A stretch of 62,179 nucleotides of DNA, filler included, from Choristocarpus tenellus KU-1152 (taxonomy: Eukaryota; Protista; Phaeophyceae): NCBI GenBank assembly GCA_964200185.2. It is 12 parts of 12 records of this genome, joined end to end, with 100 filler letters (N's around TTAATTAATTAA, not from the genome) between each part and the next. Parts side by side here need not be neighbours in the genome. Positions count along the whole stretch, not along the records: positions 1 to 8,363 come from CAXNAD020004806.1; positions 8,464 to 15,341 come from CAXNAD020007157.1; 10 more parts are not named here. One strand, given 5' to 3'. The notes beneath the pieces are model-generated. The model was not told the DNA's origin. It saw only the letters and a program-made list of their open reading frames with translations, and made no database searches. A program made the translations under genes and the position numbers. The first letter of the stretch is position 1. Each line of letters opens with the position of its first letter. Below are positions 1 to 11,898 of this stretch, one piece after another.

Positions 1-74
1 TGTGGTTCCCCCCCCCCCTTGCCACGGTTCAAAAGCTTGGATACAGCTCTGAGCCAGGCCAAGGATATAATGCT

Positions 75-334
75 GGGTCGAAGTGTCTTAGAGGGTAGAG
101 CCGTGTCCGTTTGGGGGCCAAAATCCAATGATGTGATATGGATGTGATTTTGACTATCGTGCTTGTTAGGAAGTGTCAATATCCTTGTTTCGGACACATC
201 TTTTCATAACATACATATTTTTACCTACTCCGAAGCATTTCGGAGTAGGTAGAATGTCATAATAAATCCTTGGGAAGCCAAGCCCCAAACGGACAAACAG
301 AGCAAAACTCCTACCCTCCAAGATACTTTCACTC
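75..334 (+). mobile_element. MITE family A (~260 bp)
   Basis: TIR GGGTCGAAGTGTCTTAGAGGGTA...TACCCTCCAAGATACTTTCACTC, flanked by the 4-bp duplication TGCT. Homologous to 7 other copies in the window. Confidence 0.85.
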
Positions 335-2032
335 TGCTGTCATTGTACAGCTCAGAACTGAAGTCTTGATCCATGAAGAGGGTGGACATGTGGGGGAACC
401 TAGGTCGTCAAAGTCCCCAAGGCCGGACGAATGGGTACGAGAAGGGATGCTAGTTGGGGAGGGAGAGAGTACAACCCATCTGTCATACTTGAAGCAGGGA
501 AGGAGTGCGATTTTCTGAGGCGACATGGGTTTTGCAAGTTTGACCACTTCAAAGAAGGTTAGGTGAGATAGACAATCCGTCCAATACTAAAAAAACCTCG
601 CAGAGCAGCATTACAAAAAAAAATGTTCTCAGACAGCTCCCTCCATTTTCAATACACATACATGCCTACTACATATCGTCAATCTGTCAATGTCCACCAA
701 CAGAAAGGTTTGAACATAGAGACATTGGGGTTGCCGTTGTTACACTGTGATCCGAGTATTTGGAAACACGTAGCTTATACACTCTTAGGTAATTTTAGTT
801 GAAGAGGTTTGAGGGACTTGGCATGGAGCATATAATACGTAACATTTTATCAATTCTGATTAGAAGGAAAAACGTTGGTAGCTTAGATGTACTGCATGCA
901 TTGTTTGGAGGAGATAAGATTGTGCTCAAGGAGAGTGGTGTATTTGCAAGAGGAAATGAACGAAGTACACTTCCTCACTGTAGACTCTGCTAGCGATGAA
1001 AGCATTGAGTGACGCTCTCATCAAGGCATGACATGTGCTTCTGCCTTGAGACCCTATTTGTTGGCCTAGGTCGGGCCTGACTGAGTAGACTCCCGAGATT
1101 CCTCCCTCCTACTTTCTTGACTAATATCATGCATTGTGCTACATGAAGTCATCTACCATAGAAAAAAAATATCATCAGAGCTTCACACTAAACTTGTTGG
1201 TGCTGCACACGACAACCTGCCTTGGAACAACAGAGCCTGGCGATAGTAGTAGGAATTTTTTAGAAGCCAAGCCTTAAGTCAGCTTGACAAAAAAACCCTT
1301 CAAAGGGTTGGCCCAGGGCCTTGAACAACTCTCATGGGTCTGGGCCATGGGCTAGCTCAGACAAGATATACCTCCTGGGAATCAGTTCAAGCCAGGCCTG
1401 TTCTCACTTGGTTAATCCGGGTCAGGTGATTTGCATGTGAATTGGAACGTAAATTTCAAACTTCAAAGGAGATATTGAGTAAGGGTCTTCAGCGATAACG
1501 ATTTTTAGTGTAATATACAAACTATAAAATATAGATCACAATGACTACAAGTCAGTAACAGAGGTAACCCTTTTACTGGCAAGGTTGGCCAGGGGAATAA
1601 TATATTTCTGACATGGACGGCCCAGTTCAAATGCAACTGCCCCAAGAATCTCACTGGGGCCAACCTGCCGTGTATGGTATCTCTTTCAATGAGGTCGAGT
1701 CATTTTCTTCAGAAATGTAGGGCTGGGTGACGGTCCGGGTAACTGCTGGTCTGGTCTAAGGTCCTGAAAAATGCAAACACAGTTTCAATACTTATAATCA
1801 AGAAGGACTTGGTCACTGTTTGGTAGAGTAGAGATTATTTTTTTTGTAGTAGTAGATATATTTAATTTATTATATACACATACATAGAACTATGTAGACT
1901 GTACGTCTTACGAAAAAAAAGGTAAAACGTGCAAAAGTCAGATAGTGGTCACACATTTCAAGTACTTGTGAATGAAAAAAAAAAACGGAAGAGGTTTTAC
2001 AAACCAAGGTAAGAAGGAAACGGGACATTAAA

Positions 2033-2294
2033 GAGTCAAAGCAAACGAGAGGTACCCATAGTTGCATTTTATGGATGTTGACAAAAATATATGCGCAAAA
2101 TTCGACTTTGAAAAAAAAAGTCGCATAGGATATTTTGGTGTGTCGGAAAATTTTCAAATAATATAGAAATAAACACTCTCAAGTCAAGGTTAGAACTTTT
2201 ATCCATAGAAATATGGGTGAATTCCAAAAGATTCAAAACTGACTTAAAATGCAAAAACAACCAAAACCTGGGTACCTCTCGTTTACTTTGACTC
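2033..2294 (+). mobile_element. MITE family C (~262 bp)
   Basis: 26-bp TIR GAGTCAAAGCAAACGAGAGGTACCCA / TGGGTACCTCTCGTTTACTTTGACTC; AAA on both flanks. Related copies at 14148 and 17686. Confidence 0.85.
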
Positions 2295-2706
2295 AAAGAT
2301 TCTCAATAGGGGCGAAAGAGCAACTACTGAAAAGGGGCGCAACCCTAACCCTAACCCTAACCCACTTACAACAATACAGGAGTAACACTAATGATTTGAA
2401 TCACTATGGTTGAAAGTACTTGATCAACGCATTTTTCTGTGGTACCACAGATTTAATTCATAATGCTAATCTAGGGAGTGGAAAACCAGTACGCACACTG
2501 GTAGCAGGGATAGATACAATTGGGTCACAGTATATCCAGCAGCATGGTATAATGTGTTTGAACATATACCGATATTCTGCCATAACAACCCACCGCATTC
2601 TTGAGCCCCATTTGCATCCCCATCTGCCACTTACAGATGAGGCATCTCCTGTTCTTTGTTTCTGGTGCTTCTCAGCGGTACTATAGTATCAAAAGGGTAC
2701 TTCTCA

Positions 2707-3885
2707 TCACAACAAACAATGCCTGACAATATCTTGGAAATCCTCCTCCTCAACACTAATTCCCTCACTCCATGCCTGGTAGACATCATCAGCATTGACC
2801 GTGTTCATGTCATCCACCTTAGTTAGAATCACCTAGTTGCAATCAGTAGGTGTGTGGAAGCGAGGGATCAATGTGGGTGTGAAAGGATGGGTCCATCGAC
2901 ATGCATATCATTCATCTATCGGCACACTCAAAAATCTTCAAGCAATCATGTTGTTTCAAATGTCCTAGGTATTCATGTATGTGTGAGTGGAGAGGGTGGG
3001 GCGGAGGATTAATCCCAAAGACGACTGACTTTGAAAAAAAGGCAATCAATATCGATATCACTAACAAATAAAAAAAAAGCCTCTCACAGAAACGCCCCCC
3101 TCCCTCTTACACCACTAGGAATAAGCATGGGACTGCAATCCCAATGACTGCACTATAGAAAAAGCGTGTTTTTGTGAGTACTGTGTTTCTGTGAATACCA
3201 ATAATATCAATAGGACGATCAAATGAAGGGCATAATTGAGAAACAAAAGGTCTCCCATTCCCAAGACCCACCACCTGACTAAATCCTTGGGTAACAGTGT
3301 GCTGAGTTTACGTACACCATACCGAGCAAAAAAATTAAAAATAATATTATTTCGCATAAAAAAACTTTTAACACGAGCCCCCCCCAATTAGGAAAAATAC
3401 AATACCATTAAAATCCCAACATACTACTTCTTACCTTCAAGTACAACAATTTCCTTCCCCTCCAGCCAGTTGCCACTAGTGGATTTGCTCATCGGTAGTG
3501 TCAACCGTAGCAATCGAACCAAACCAAAGACAATCAGATAGCCACAAAACACGGGGTTCATTTCAACTGGCTATTACCTCCGCCAGATGCGTGCTGCATG
3601 CTCTGTCGGAAGTTCCTTGTGGCACCACTTGCTTCACTTCATGCATAGCACACACGTTTTGATTCCAACCAAATTCATCAAAAGGTTTCGAGCATATATA
3701 TATATATATATCCTGCACTTACAAAATGATTCGATTCCCTACCACTACCACTACCACTACCACTACCACTACTACCACTACCACTACCACTACCACTACT
3801 ACTACTACTACTATTACTACTCCTACTACTACTATTACTACTCCTACTACTACTACTACTGCTACTACTGCTACTACTACTACTA

Positions 3886-3922
<37 letters not shown>

Positions 3923-6900
3923 CACTACTACTCATTGGTGTCAAATAAAAAAAAAATCCTAGCAGCTATTGGTCCCATTTTCAAACACGAACCTCGCCAG
4001 AAAGTTCGGGAAAGCCTGGTACAGCAGAGAAGGGAAGCGGCTTCAGCGGTTTTCTCGGCAAGACAAAAACGCGCCCTGTGCTAAGGAGCATTGTGTGGGT
4101 TGTGCCCCTAGCCACAAGATGGTCAACGCAGGCGGCTATGATAGCCCCAACCTCCTGCAGGTCATGCCTCGAAACATGGTACACCTTGAGAACGCAATGT
4201 ACAAGAGTAATGCTGTGAGAATTGTGTACCATTCAAATTACCTAGTACTGGAGATACACGGGGTGTTCTGAGTGGTGCTTGGGTCTGCTGTCAGCAACAA
4301 GTGCATTGCAACTGCTCTATTTCATGAAAACCAGGTTTCGTAGCTATGCCCTGGGCGACAGAGGTTTTGTCATGAGGGTAGACAAGGCGATATCATCTGG
4401 AGCAGAATTACCATCCATCCACCCGGTCACAACATCGCGGAAGCCTCTTCCATCAAATGTCTCAATTACTGTGCCTTCTTCAACTATCAAACAGATTGGG
4501 TGACCTTGTCCGAAGCGATTGCACCTCATGCACTAATAGGCGCCACTGGTGGGGAGACAGGCACTGACAGAGATTCATCATCACGTCCCTGGGACACACT
4601 TACGAGGATTACACACAAGTGGTTTACTGGTACTATACCTTGTTGTAACACAGAAGACAAGATGCATCCTGTTTCAAGTGTGTTCATTAAATGTGATAGA
4701 CTGGGGTGAGAATCACGAGGACCTGACCACCCTCCTATCCTACCCCGACTGCATTCGGTCAAGCTTAGCCTAGTGCACAGACTGCACATGAGCATAACAC
4801 AAAGGCACATCAGAGATCATTGAGCAAAAACACCTAACAAAAAACGACACGGCGGTTACAAACTGGAGAGTGTTATGGTGGGAATTTCTGAAAGGTACAC
4901 CTTTCAGGCGTCAGGAGCATGACTTTTTCCAGAGGCAGTCAGTCACAGTCAGTCACTGTCAACACGGCTCTGGTACAAGGCAACGACATCATCCAATTAG
5001 TCTCAAAGGAGACTTCAGTATCACGACAAAAAAGGATCAGGTTCAACTTTCACGGCATGCCTACAAAAGAAATAGTGCTCCTGCCGTCAAGGCTGTTGGA
5101 ACATACAAAAAAGAAACAAAAACAAAAACAAAAAAAGAGAGTTCCAATCGTGGCGCTTCTCAATAACAAACAACAGTTACTTCTAAACTGGCAACAAGGA
5201 GATAAGAGATCCGTCGAAATTCTTCAAAGAGAGAGGCTACAGACAACAATATATCAACCAAGTATATCCACCAGCACCAATTCACACAGGCCGTGGTGTT
5301 GCTTACATGCTCAAACAAACTCACCAAGCCACGGATGGGATATCCCACAAGGGCATGAACCTCCATCTCCTCTCTCAAGTTGCTAGCCTCTCCTCCCTCC
5401 ATTTCCAACACATCCTTTACCTCATCTGATCCCCTTGACCGCAGCGACGACTGCTTTCGCCAGAAATTGCCTCTCCCTTCCCCTCCTGATTTGCTCATCT
5501 TGGGGGGGGGATTCCCTAGCCTCTCTCCGCGGACAACAGGAAGGTCAGAGGGAGGAGGAGCAGCACAGGCCAATGTGGCAAGGAGTCGAGTCTCAGCTAG
5601 CTCAATGGGGAGAAAACCTGTCGGACTTGAGTCAAACGTCCACCCCTTTCAACGATGTATGCACGCAAGAGAGTGGCGAGGTAATGATTAGGGTACGGGG
5701 GGGGGGGGGGGGGGGTATGGGGTCCCTGCTGCCGTTGGGGGGGGGTGGGGGTGGGGGGGGGGGTGGGGGGGGGGGGGGGGGGGGGGGGGGGGTTCATGAT
5801 GTCCATGCTGCGCTTGCGTGAGGTTAGGGTTAGGGAAGGGGGATAAGGGCGGCGGCGAACAGGGACATGGGAGGGCAATACAAGCACGTCACACAAACGA
5901 CCAAGTGATACTGCGAAGGGCGGGATTCGAGAAGATAAGCCAAAGATTGAAATGCCGATGTTTAACCAGGGCAGACACTTACTCGACAGTCTGCTGCAGT
6001 GGTTCAGTGGCATCGAAAAATTTCGTTTGGACAGAGACCCACTCTTCAGACCCACTCTTCAAACCTTACAGAAACCTCTGGTGTGTCATGGGAACAGAAC
6101 GTTAGACGGGGAGACGAGCTCGTAGAAGGGGTTCGGAGGACAGGAAGGCGACCAGAACATCAAGACGGAAAAAAAAAGACCAGCGAGAGGACACCATTTC
6201 AGAATGACGGCGTGATGCATGCAACACAACCCCAGTATCATAAACAGCAACAAACAGTTCTCCACACATCGGTATATTGAGTCAAAGTATCTCTTAGAGG
6301 GTAGGACTGCGTCCGTTTGGGGGCCAAAATCCAACGTTGCGATTTTGGTGTAATTTTGGCGATCTATCGTGTTTTGTTAGGAAAGTGTCAATATCCTTGT
6401 TCTGGACACCCACCCCCTCTCATAACGCATACATTCTACCCACTCCGAAACATTTTGGAGTAGAAAAATATCGTTAAAAAAAAAACACGTGATAAGTCGA
6501 GCTCCAAACGGCAAACAGGGCAAAACTCCTAACCTCTAAGATTCGTTCACTCTGAGATTGATTGATGAGAGGGGAAAAACAGAAGATGCTCCGACACATT
6601 GACCAAAGAGCTGTTTGCAAACCTCTGTGACCCTAGCAGACAAGACGACAGACACAAGAAACTGGCTACGAACGCAATCGGCCTCATCTAACCAAAATCA
6701 CGATTAACTGATAATTTTTTTTTTCCCCAATGGATATTCTGCACATCATCGCACACAAACACGTGCAATGTTAGAATCACCTCATTTTTTTTTTTTTTAC
6801 CTCCGGCGGGGTTTCTCACACACTTAGGAGGCATATTTTCTCGTGACTGCGCCGCTTGCCACATAAAAAGTGACCCAGATGATTAATAGGGACTAACCTA

Positions 6901-8237
6901 GTGAGGGCTGAACCGATTGTGATTGTGATTTTTACATTGCCTTGGTTCACAACTCTACACAAGCAAACAAGACGAACAATTTCAGCCACTTTTTTTTTTC
7001 TATGAAAAAAATAAAAATAAAATTATTTCGGCCAAGAAAAGGAGTCTCAATCGTAGAGACATCAAAATCCACTCATTTCTGGCCAACAAATTTTCAGAGG
7101 CACGATTCAATTCTGTTTTTTTTTTTGGGAGAAGAAAAAAAGGGCCACTCTTCCCAATTGCAATTTTTTTTTTGCCCTCATAGACCTTGTACGATTTTTT
7201 TAATTTTTTTTTAAATTTTTTTACTTGGGTCATCAAATGACAGGAAACTTGACCAAAAACCTACGCTTTGAGACCGGTTTAGGAAGAAAAAAAGTAATCA
7301 ACTTCAAAAACATAGATACCCTTTTCCTGATTCCTCGGGAAAGATTCAGCGAAAAACAATAAAAAAAACAATGCCAATATTCTTGCTCCGAACAGTAGAG
7401 GCTCCGGGCTCACTCTGTAGCCCGTCTAGTTGATACCACAGAACTTCCTTCCGCCATTGTGAGCTCTGGATTGTGCAATATCATCCCAGTATCTATCTTG
7501 TGTGTCCTGATCAAGGCCCATCACGATGTCGATTTCACACTTTTGGTACAGCAATGGGAAGTTGGGATGTATCCACGGTAGTCTATTCTAAGGGTAAGAG
7601 GTAAGAGGTATTACGTCTACTGTGAAATAAATAGTAAGGTATTTGTAACCTCAACACCTTTACGGTGGAAGGTCTTGAGTGCCTCGGTAAGGGAGGGGAA
7701 GGTTTTCTGGATGAGTTCGTGACACCAATGGGGTAGGGGCGAGAGGGACAGGAGGATACAGCAGGAAAGGGCCTGAGAAATCCCGCCCCTACAGCAGACA
7801 GTTTCTGTAACAACACAGGTAGCATTATCTAGATGTGTCATGCGTTTTAAGCTGCAGACGCCAGGGAGGTGGGCAAGGAGGGGCTTGCTAGATTCTTGGG
7901 ATGCTTCCCTAGCTCCTCACCCTGGGGTGCAGGACTAACCTAGCTTGGGGGCATAGGAAGGCAGTGGCGCAGCACACCTCGTAGTAAAATAGCAACTAAA
8001 ATAGATTAATAGTCTTTTCCCTTTTTCAACAACTAATAGTTCTTCATTGGTTTCTACCCCAACCTGACCTGAAAGTGCAGGTGATTCACAGAGGCGGATG
8101 AGCCCATTCCGTTGTACCCCATACGCAGAGGTCTTGGGGATGAAGATGGTGGAGAGGAAGTCTCCAGCCCCTCCGCAAAGTCCAGGGCCACTGCCAAGGT
8201 CTCCGCTGTTGCCCGTTGGGGCATCGATGAGGGGTAG
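2707..8237 (-). CDS. GDP-L-galactose phosphorylase / GDP-D-glucose phosphorylase family protein (VTC2/GDPGP1, HIT superfamily), 5'-partial, 4 exons
   Basis: Exons 8237-8069, 5645-5325, 4184-3993 and 2832-2707 have GT-AG borders and phase-consistent joins. Spliced translation: YPSSMPQRATAETLAVALDFAEGL..PLRMGYNGMGSSASVNHLHFQ|GWTFDSSPTGFLPIELAETRLL...VHALVGYPIRGL|VYHV...GRVFVLPRK..FPELSGE|VILTKVDD...ISVEEEDFQDIVRHCLL*. This follows the VTC2 motif order LPQR / GYNSLGAFATINHLHFQ / FPIE / YPVRGL. The 5' exons are lost at the contig end (8363). Confidence 0.9.
3739..3931. repeat. (CTA/CCA)n trinucleotide microsatellite (intronic)
   Basis: About 190 bp of CTA/CCA/TTA units; the source of the poly-T/Y/S/V ORFs in the track. 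Confidence 0.95.
6279..6552 (+). mobile_element. MITE family A (in intron of the phosphorylase gene)
   Basis: GAGTCAAAGTATCTCTTAGAGGGTA...AACCTCTAAGATTCGTTCACTC; internal homology to the copy at 75-334. Confidence 0.8.
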
Positions 8238-8289
8238 CTGGAAGTTCCACCGGGTCACATGCAAAGAAAAAAGATAATGAATTGAAAAA

Positions 8290-8363
8290 GGCTCAAAGTA
8301 TCTGGGGGGGGGGGTGGTGGGGGCTGTACATTTGGGGTCAATTTTTTCATGTCGAGATTTTTG
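8290..8363 (-). mobile_element. MITE family B, truncated by contig end
   Basis: GGCTCAAAGTATCTGGGG TIR followed by the reverse complement of the family B 3' arm. Confidence 0.7.
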
Positions 8364-8463
8364 NNNNNNNNNNNNNNNNNNNNNNNNNNNNNNNNNNNNN
8401 NNNNNNNTTAATTAATTAANNNNNNNNNNNNNNNNNNNNNNNNNNNNNNNNNNNNNNNNNNNN
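8364..8463. other. Artificial contig-joining spacer (44 N + TTAATTAATTAA + 44 N)
   Basis: An identical 100-bp spacer recurs at 15342, 20189, 24551, 28908, 32503, 36348, 39094, 48249, 54118 and 59109. The 12-mer puts stop codons in all six frames. Confidence 0.97.
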
Positions 8464-8721
8464 CTCTGCCCCCCACCCCCCCTCCCCCATCTTTTAGCGC
8501 TTTTTGGGGCTGGTCTGGTCACAGAGTGTGGAGGGTGCCAACATTTGAATTGAAGAAAAAAAAAAAAGGGAGGGAAGGTGTATCGAGGTAACTAGCTTTG
8601 CTTTGTGTAGTTGGGGGGAAGCGTAATGGATGCGCTGAAGGTTTTTGTTGTGTGCTGAGGTTGATGCCCTGACAGTGAGATGTCTGTTTGAATTGCGTGT
8701 AGGACTGGAAAAAAAAGAAAA

Positions 8722-8758
<37 letters not shown>

Positions 8759-9775
8759 TTCCTGTGATGTGTTTCCCAATTGTTGCAACTCATTTTTTTT
8801 TTAAATTTCTGATCTTCTGAGAGGTTTGAAAGAATGGTGGAGTCACCTCTAGTTCCTGAAATGAGTTTTGGTCTCCAGCTTGGGGTTATACCGGTGTGAT
8901 TTTTTTTTTGAGAATAGTGCATGTAAATGAATGCCTACCTAGGCCTCCATTTTTGTGGACTAGTGCAGACTCCACTTGCTCGAGTGTTTTAGCGTAGATA
9001 CGCTCGATCATCGAACTTTGATTACATATAATTTTGGCTATCCTCTGGTAGTGTAGTGTATCTTACACTACATTGTGCTGGTATTATAGTGTAGGTAGTG
9101 ACATAAAGCAGCAGTACAATAGTCATCTGTGTGTATCATCTTTAAAATTGAGGATCCATTTGCTGCTGATTAGGTTGTTCAGGAGATTCCAAATATCTGC
9201 CACCTATGAAATTGGAGGTCAGTATGACAACACGATGGTATGACACCTACTGCTAGTGATGCTGTGCCACTGAAAAAGTGGGAACTCTGTTTTGTACCCT
9301 GCTGCAGTACACTCAAGGACAGTAAATGTGGTCCAATTGTTGATGACCCACCGATTTTGATGACAAATTGGAGATTGTCATCGACTACATACTGGGAGGT
9401 TGATGGGGTCGGTGTTGCTGTATGAATTGTTCTGTTTGATGTGCGTATGGGCTGTTGGCGGTGCAGTTTTCATTGATCACGCTGCCGTTGCTTTGTTTTA
9501 CGTTCATACCTTACTTCTGAATCCGATTTCTATGCTTACTTCCCTGATGTGCAACGGATGCATTCGGGTCAAGTGTCATGCAGACCACACTTGGGAGCTA
9601 TAAACGTTAAAAGAGTTCTTAGAGGACTGCACTATGGTCCAGCTCAATTTTTTAAAACTTCTGGCGCGCCTTTCTTGTCCAATTGTGTGTTCTGCTATAG
9701 TACCTTGGTTTTCTGATACTGGTCTACATTAGGTTCCTGTTGTCCCCCCTTCAAATCTCACACACTACTGCCCCC

Positions 9776-9807
<32 letters not shown>

Positions 9808-9966
9808 TTTTTTCTTTTTTCCTCCCCTTCTTCTTTCCCCCCCCCCCCCAACCCGGCAAACCCCCGGGGCGGGGAAGGGGNNNNNNNNNNCCCTGCCCCT
9901 GCCCCCTCCCTTTTTTGCTTGTTGTCATGCATATCTAATCTCACCCCACTTCCCCTGCCACATCAG

Positions 9967-11898
9967 CCGATCTACAGAGAGCATGGGGTTGTCTGCTACT
10001 TATTACAGTGGTGAAGCATGCAGCATGCTCTGTGCAAACTGCCGATCACGTTGGGAGATGAGTACTGCGCCCTTCCCCAAGCCTCACCTCTTGCACAATA
10101 TGTCTGCACCCAAGCAGGCTGCCTATGTACCCAAGCCGGCTGCCAGTGGTGCACCCAAGCCGGCTGGCCTTGGGCACTCTCAGTTTCCGACCAGCAGTTT
10201 TGAGGAATACTCCACTCGTGGCTGGGCAGATCCCACTGGCGGGCAGAGAGGTGGTGGGCAAGATTCTGGCTCTGTGTCCTCTAAGATGTCGTGTGCTTCA
10301 GCAACTGCTGCCCAGGCAGCGGCAAGGATGGCTGTTGCCAAGGCTTGGCGTTCAGATCTTCCACCCATGCAGTCGAGGGAAGTTAGTTGGAGTGATGCCC
10401 ACCAAGATTACAGTCATTATTCTTCATCTGTGATGAGGGAAGAGACAAAGTCGGGGGGGCTGGGGAGAGAGGGGGGGAGAGTGCAACGACTCCATTGAAG
10501 GCGCGTATTCAGGGAGCGTTCCGACGGCGGTGGGGACACGAGGACTCAGTCCTAAGGGGAGAAGATTATCAACAAAAGGATGATGGGGATGGGGGAAATA
10601 TCGGTGACAAGGTGTTGCCTAGGTCGTCAGTGGATTCTGTGGATAATGGGAAGTTGAGGTGGTTAGACTGGAGTGGGCGTGGCAGGCGTCAAGTGCGTGC
10701 GGTGGAGAAGGAGGGCAATACCCCAGTTGCGGCAATGAAGGTTGCCACCCCTTCCTCCAATCCGAAGGGCAGGGGGGTGAGCTCCTCGATGAATTGTGGG
10801 CTTGATCCTAATTCGTTCCGACAATCCCTCACTACTGAAACTAGTGCAGAGTGGGCTGTCTTGTACTGCCCTACTGACTCCCCGACCCAAAGGGAGATGG
10901 GAGGTGTCCTTGGTCTTCAACTGTTTGATTCTGGTCGAGGTGCAGCAGCGCCTGGACTTCGCCCTGCTGGAATCGATTCTTTGGTTCCTGGTTCTTCCAC
11001 ATCGTCTCCGTCCTCTGCTGATGTCGGACCAACATCAGATCAGACGCCACCGGTTCGCCCTAAGTCAGCTACTGCAGATGGCAGGGTCTTTGCTGCAGTT
11101 AAAACTAAGGCAGCGACATCAGCGGCGAGGGCTGCAGCTGTGACTAGGGCGGTCATGAGGGCAGCTCAGGTAGAAGCAGAGGAAGATGCGGCTGTGTCAG
11201 GGATAGGGTTGAATGGGAGGGTACCGAGTCTGACGAGGGCTGCGAGCATAACAAGGGCGGCCATCAGGGCTGCCAAAGTGGAGGAGGAGAAAGAGGCTGC
11301 AGCTGTGGCAGGTGTGCATGGGGAAAAGGTAGAGACTACACAAGGAGGTAGAGGAAGGACCTTTTTGATGGAAGGAGGGGGTCGCAATGCAGTGGTCAAT
11401 AATGGATCTTCTGTAGGCCTCGTTGCAGGTTCAGCCCTGAACCGTCTTGCACCCCTGACACCCGCTTCTTCTGTTGCAGAACTCTCCTCAGCATCAACTG
11501 TGAGTTCGCCAACAGTGGCGCGCAGGCTTGTGCCCCCTCTTCAAGCACAAGGTCCGGGCTCTCGCTCACCTGTCACCCCAACGCGATCTCTTACCCCGGT
11601 GCGTCAAAGAGTGCCGGCCTTTTCACAAATCTCTGTAGATCCAAGCTTTGAGTCACACGAGTCAGAGTTGAATCAGTCGTCGGAAGAGAGAGATCCATTT
11701 GCTGTTAAGGGGTCTCAACCACCTCATAGCCCGGGACGACCTGGTACCCCAGGGCGCCATAGAGTGCCAGCCATGTCACAGATCTCTGTAGATCCGAGCT
11801 TTGAGTCGCACGACTCAGAGTTGAGTCAGTCGTTGGAAGAGCAAGATTCATTTGGTGCTAGTGACCGCACTCGTGCGTGGCGTTACAGTCGCTCATGA
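9967..11898 (+). CDS. Large terminal exon of a hypothetical Ser/Ala/Gly/Pro-rich protein, with one apparent frameshift near 10400-10495
   Basis: Pyrimidine-rich acceptor ...CCACATCAG at 9966. GC-rich open frames 9968-10498 and ~10400-11898 overlap in different frames. Internal peptide duplications. No recognisable family. Confidence 0.55.

Noticed and set aside
3587-4084. Poly-Tyr/Thr/Ser/Val ORFs
   Set aside because: Translations of an intronic trinucleotide microsatellite.
5985-6076. Exon-like segment on the minus strand within the phosphorylase intron
   Set aside because: Contains a 13-bp duplication with a stop, and the flanking exons already join in frame (HLHFQ|GWTF) as expected for the family.
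8408-8419. Recurrent TTAATTAATTAA palindrome as a biological motif or piggyBac target
   Set aside because: Always centred in exactly 44+44 N; it is an assembly linker.
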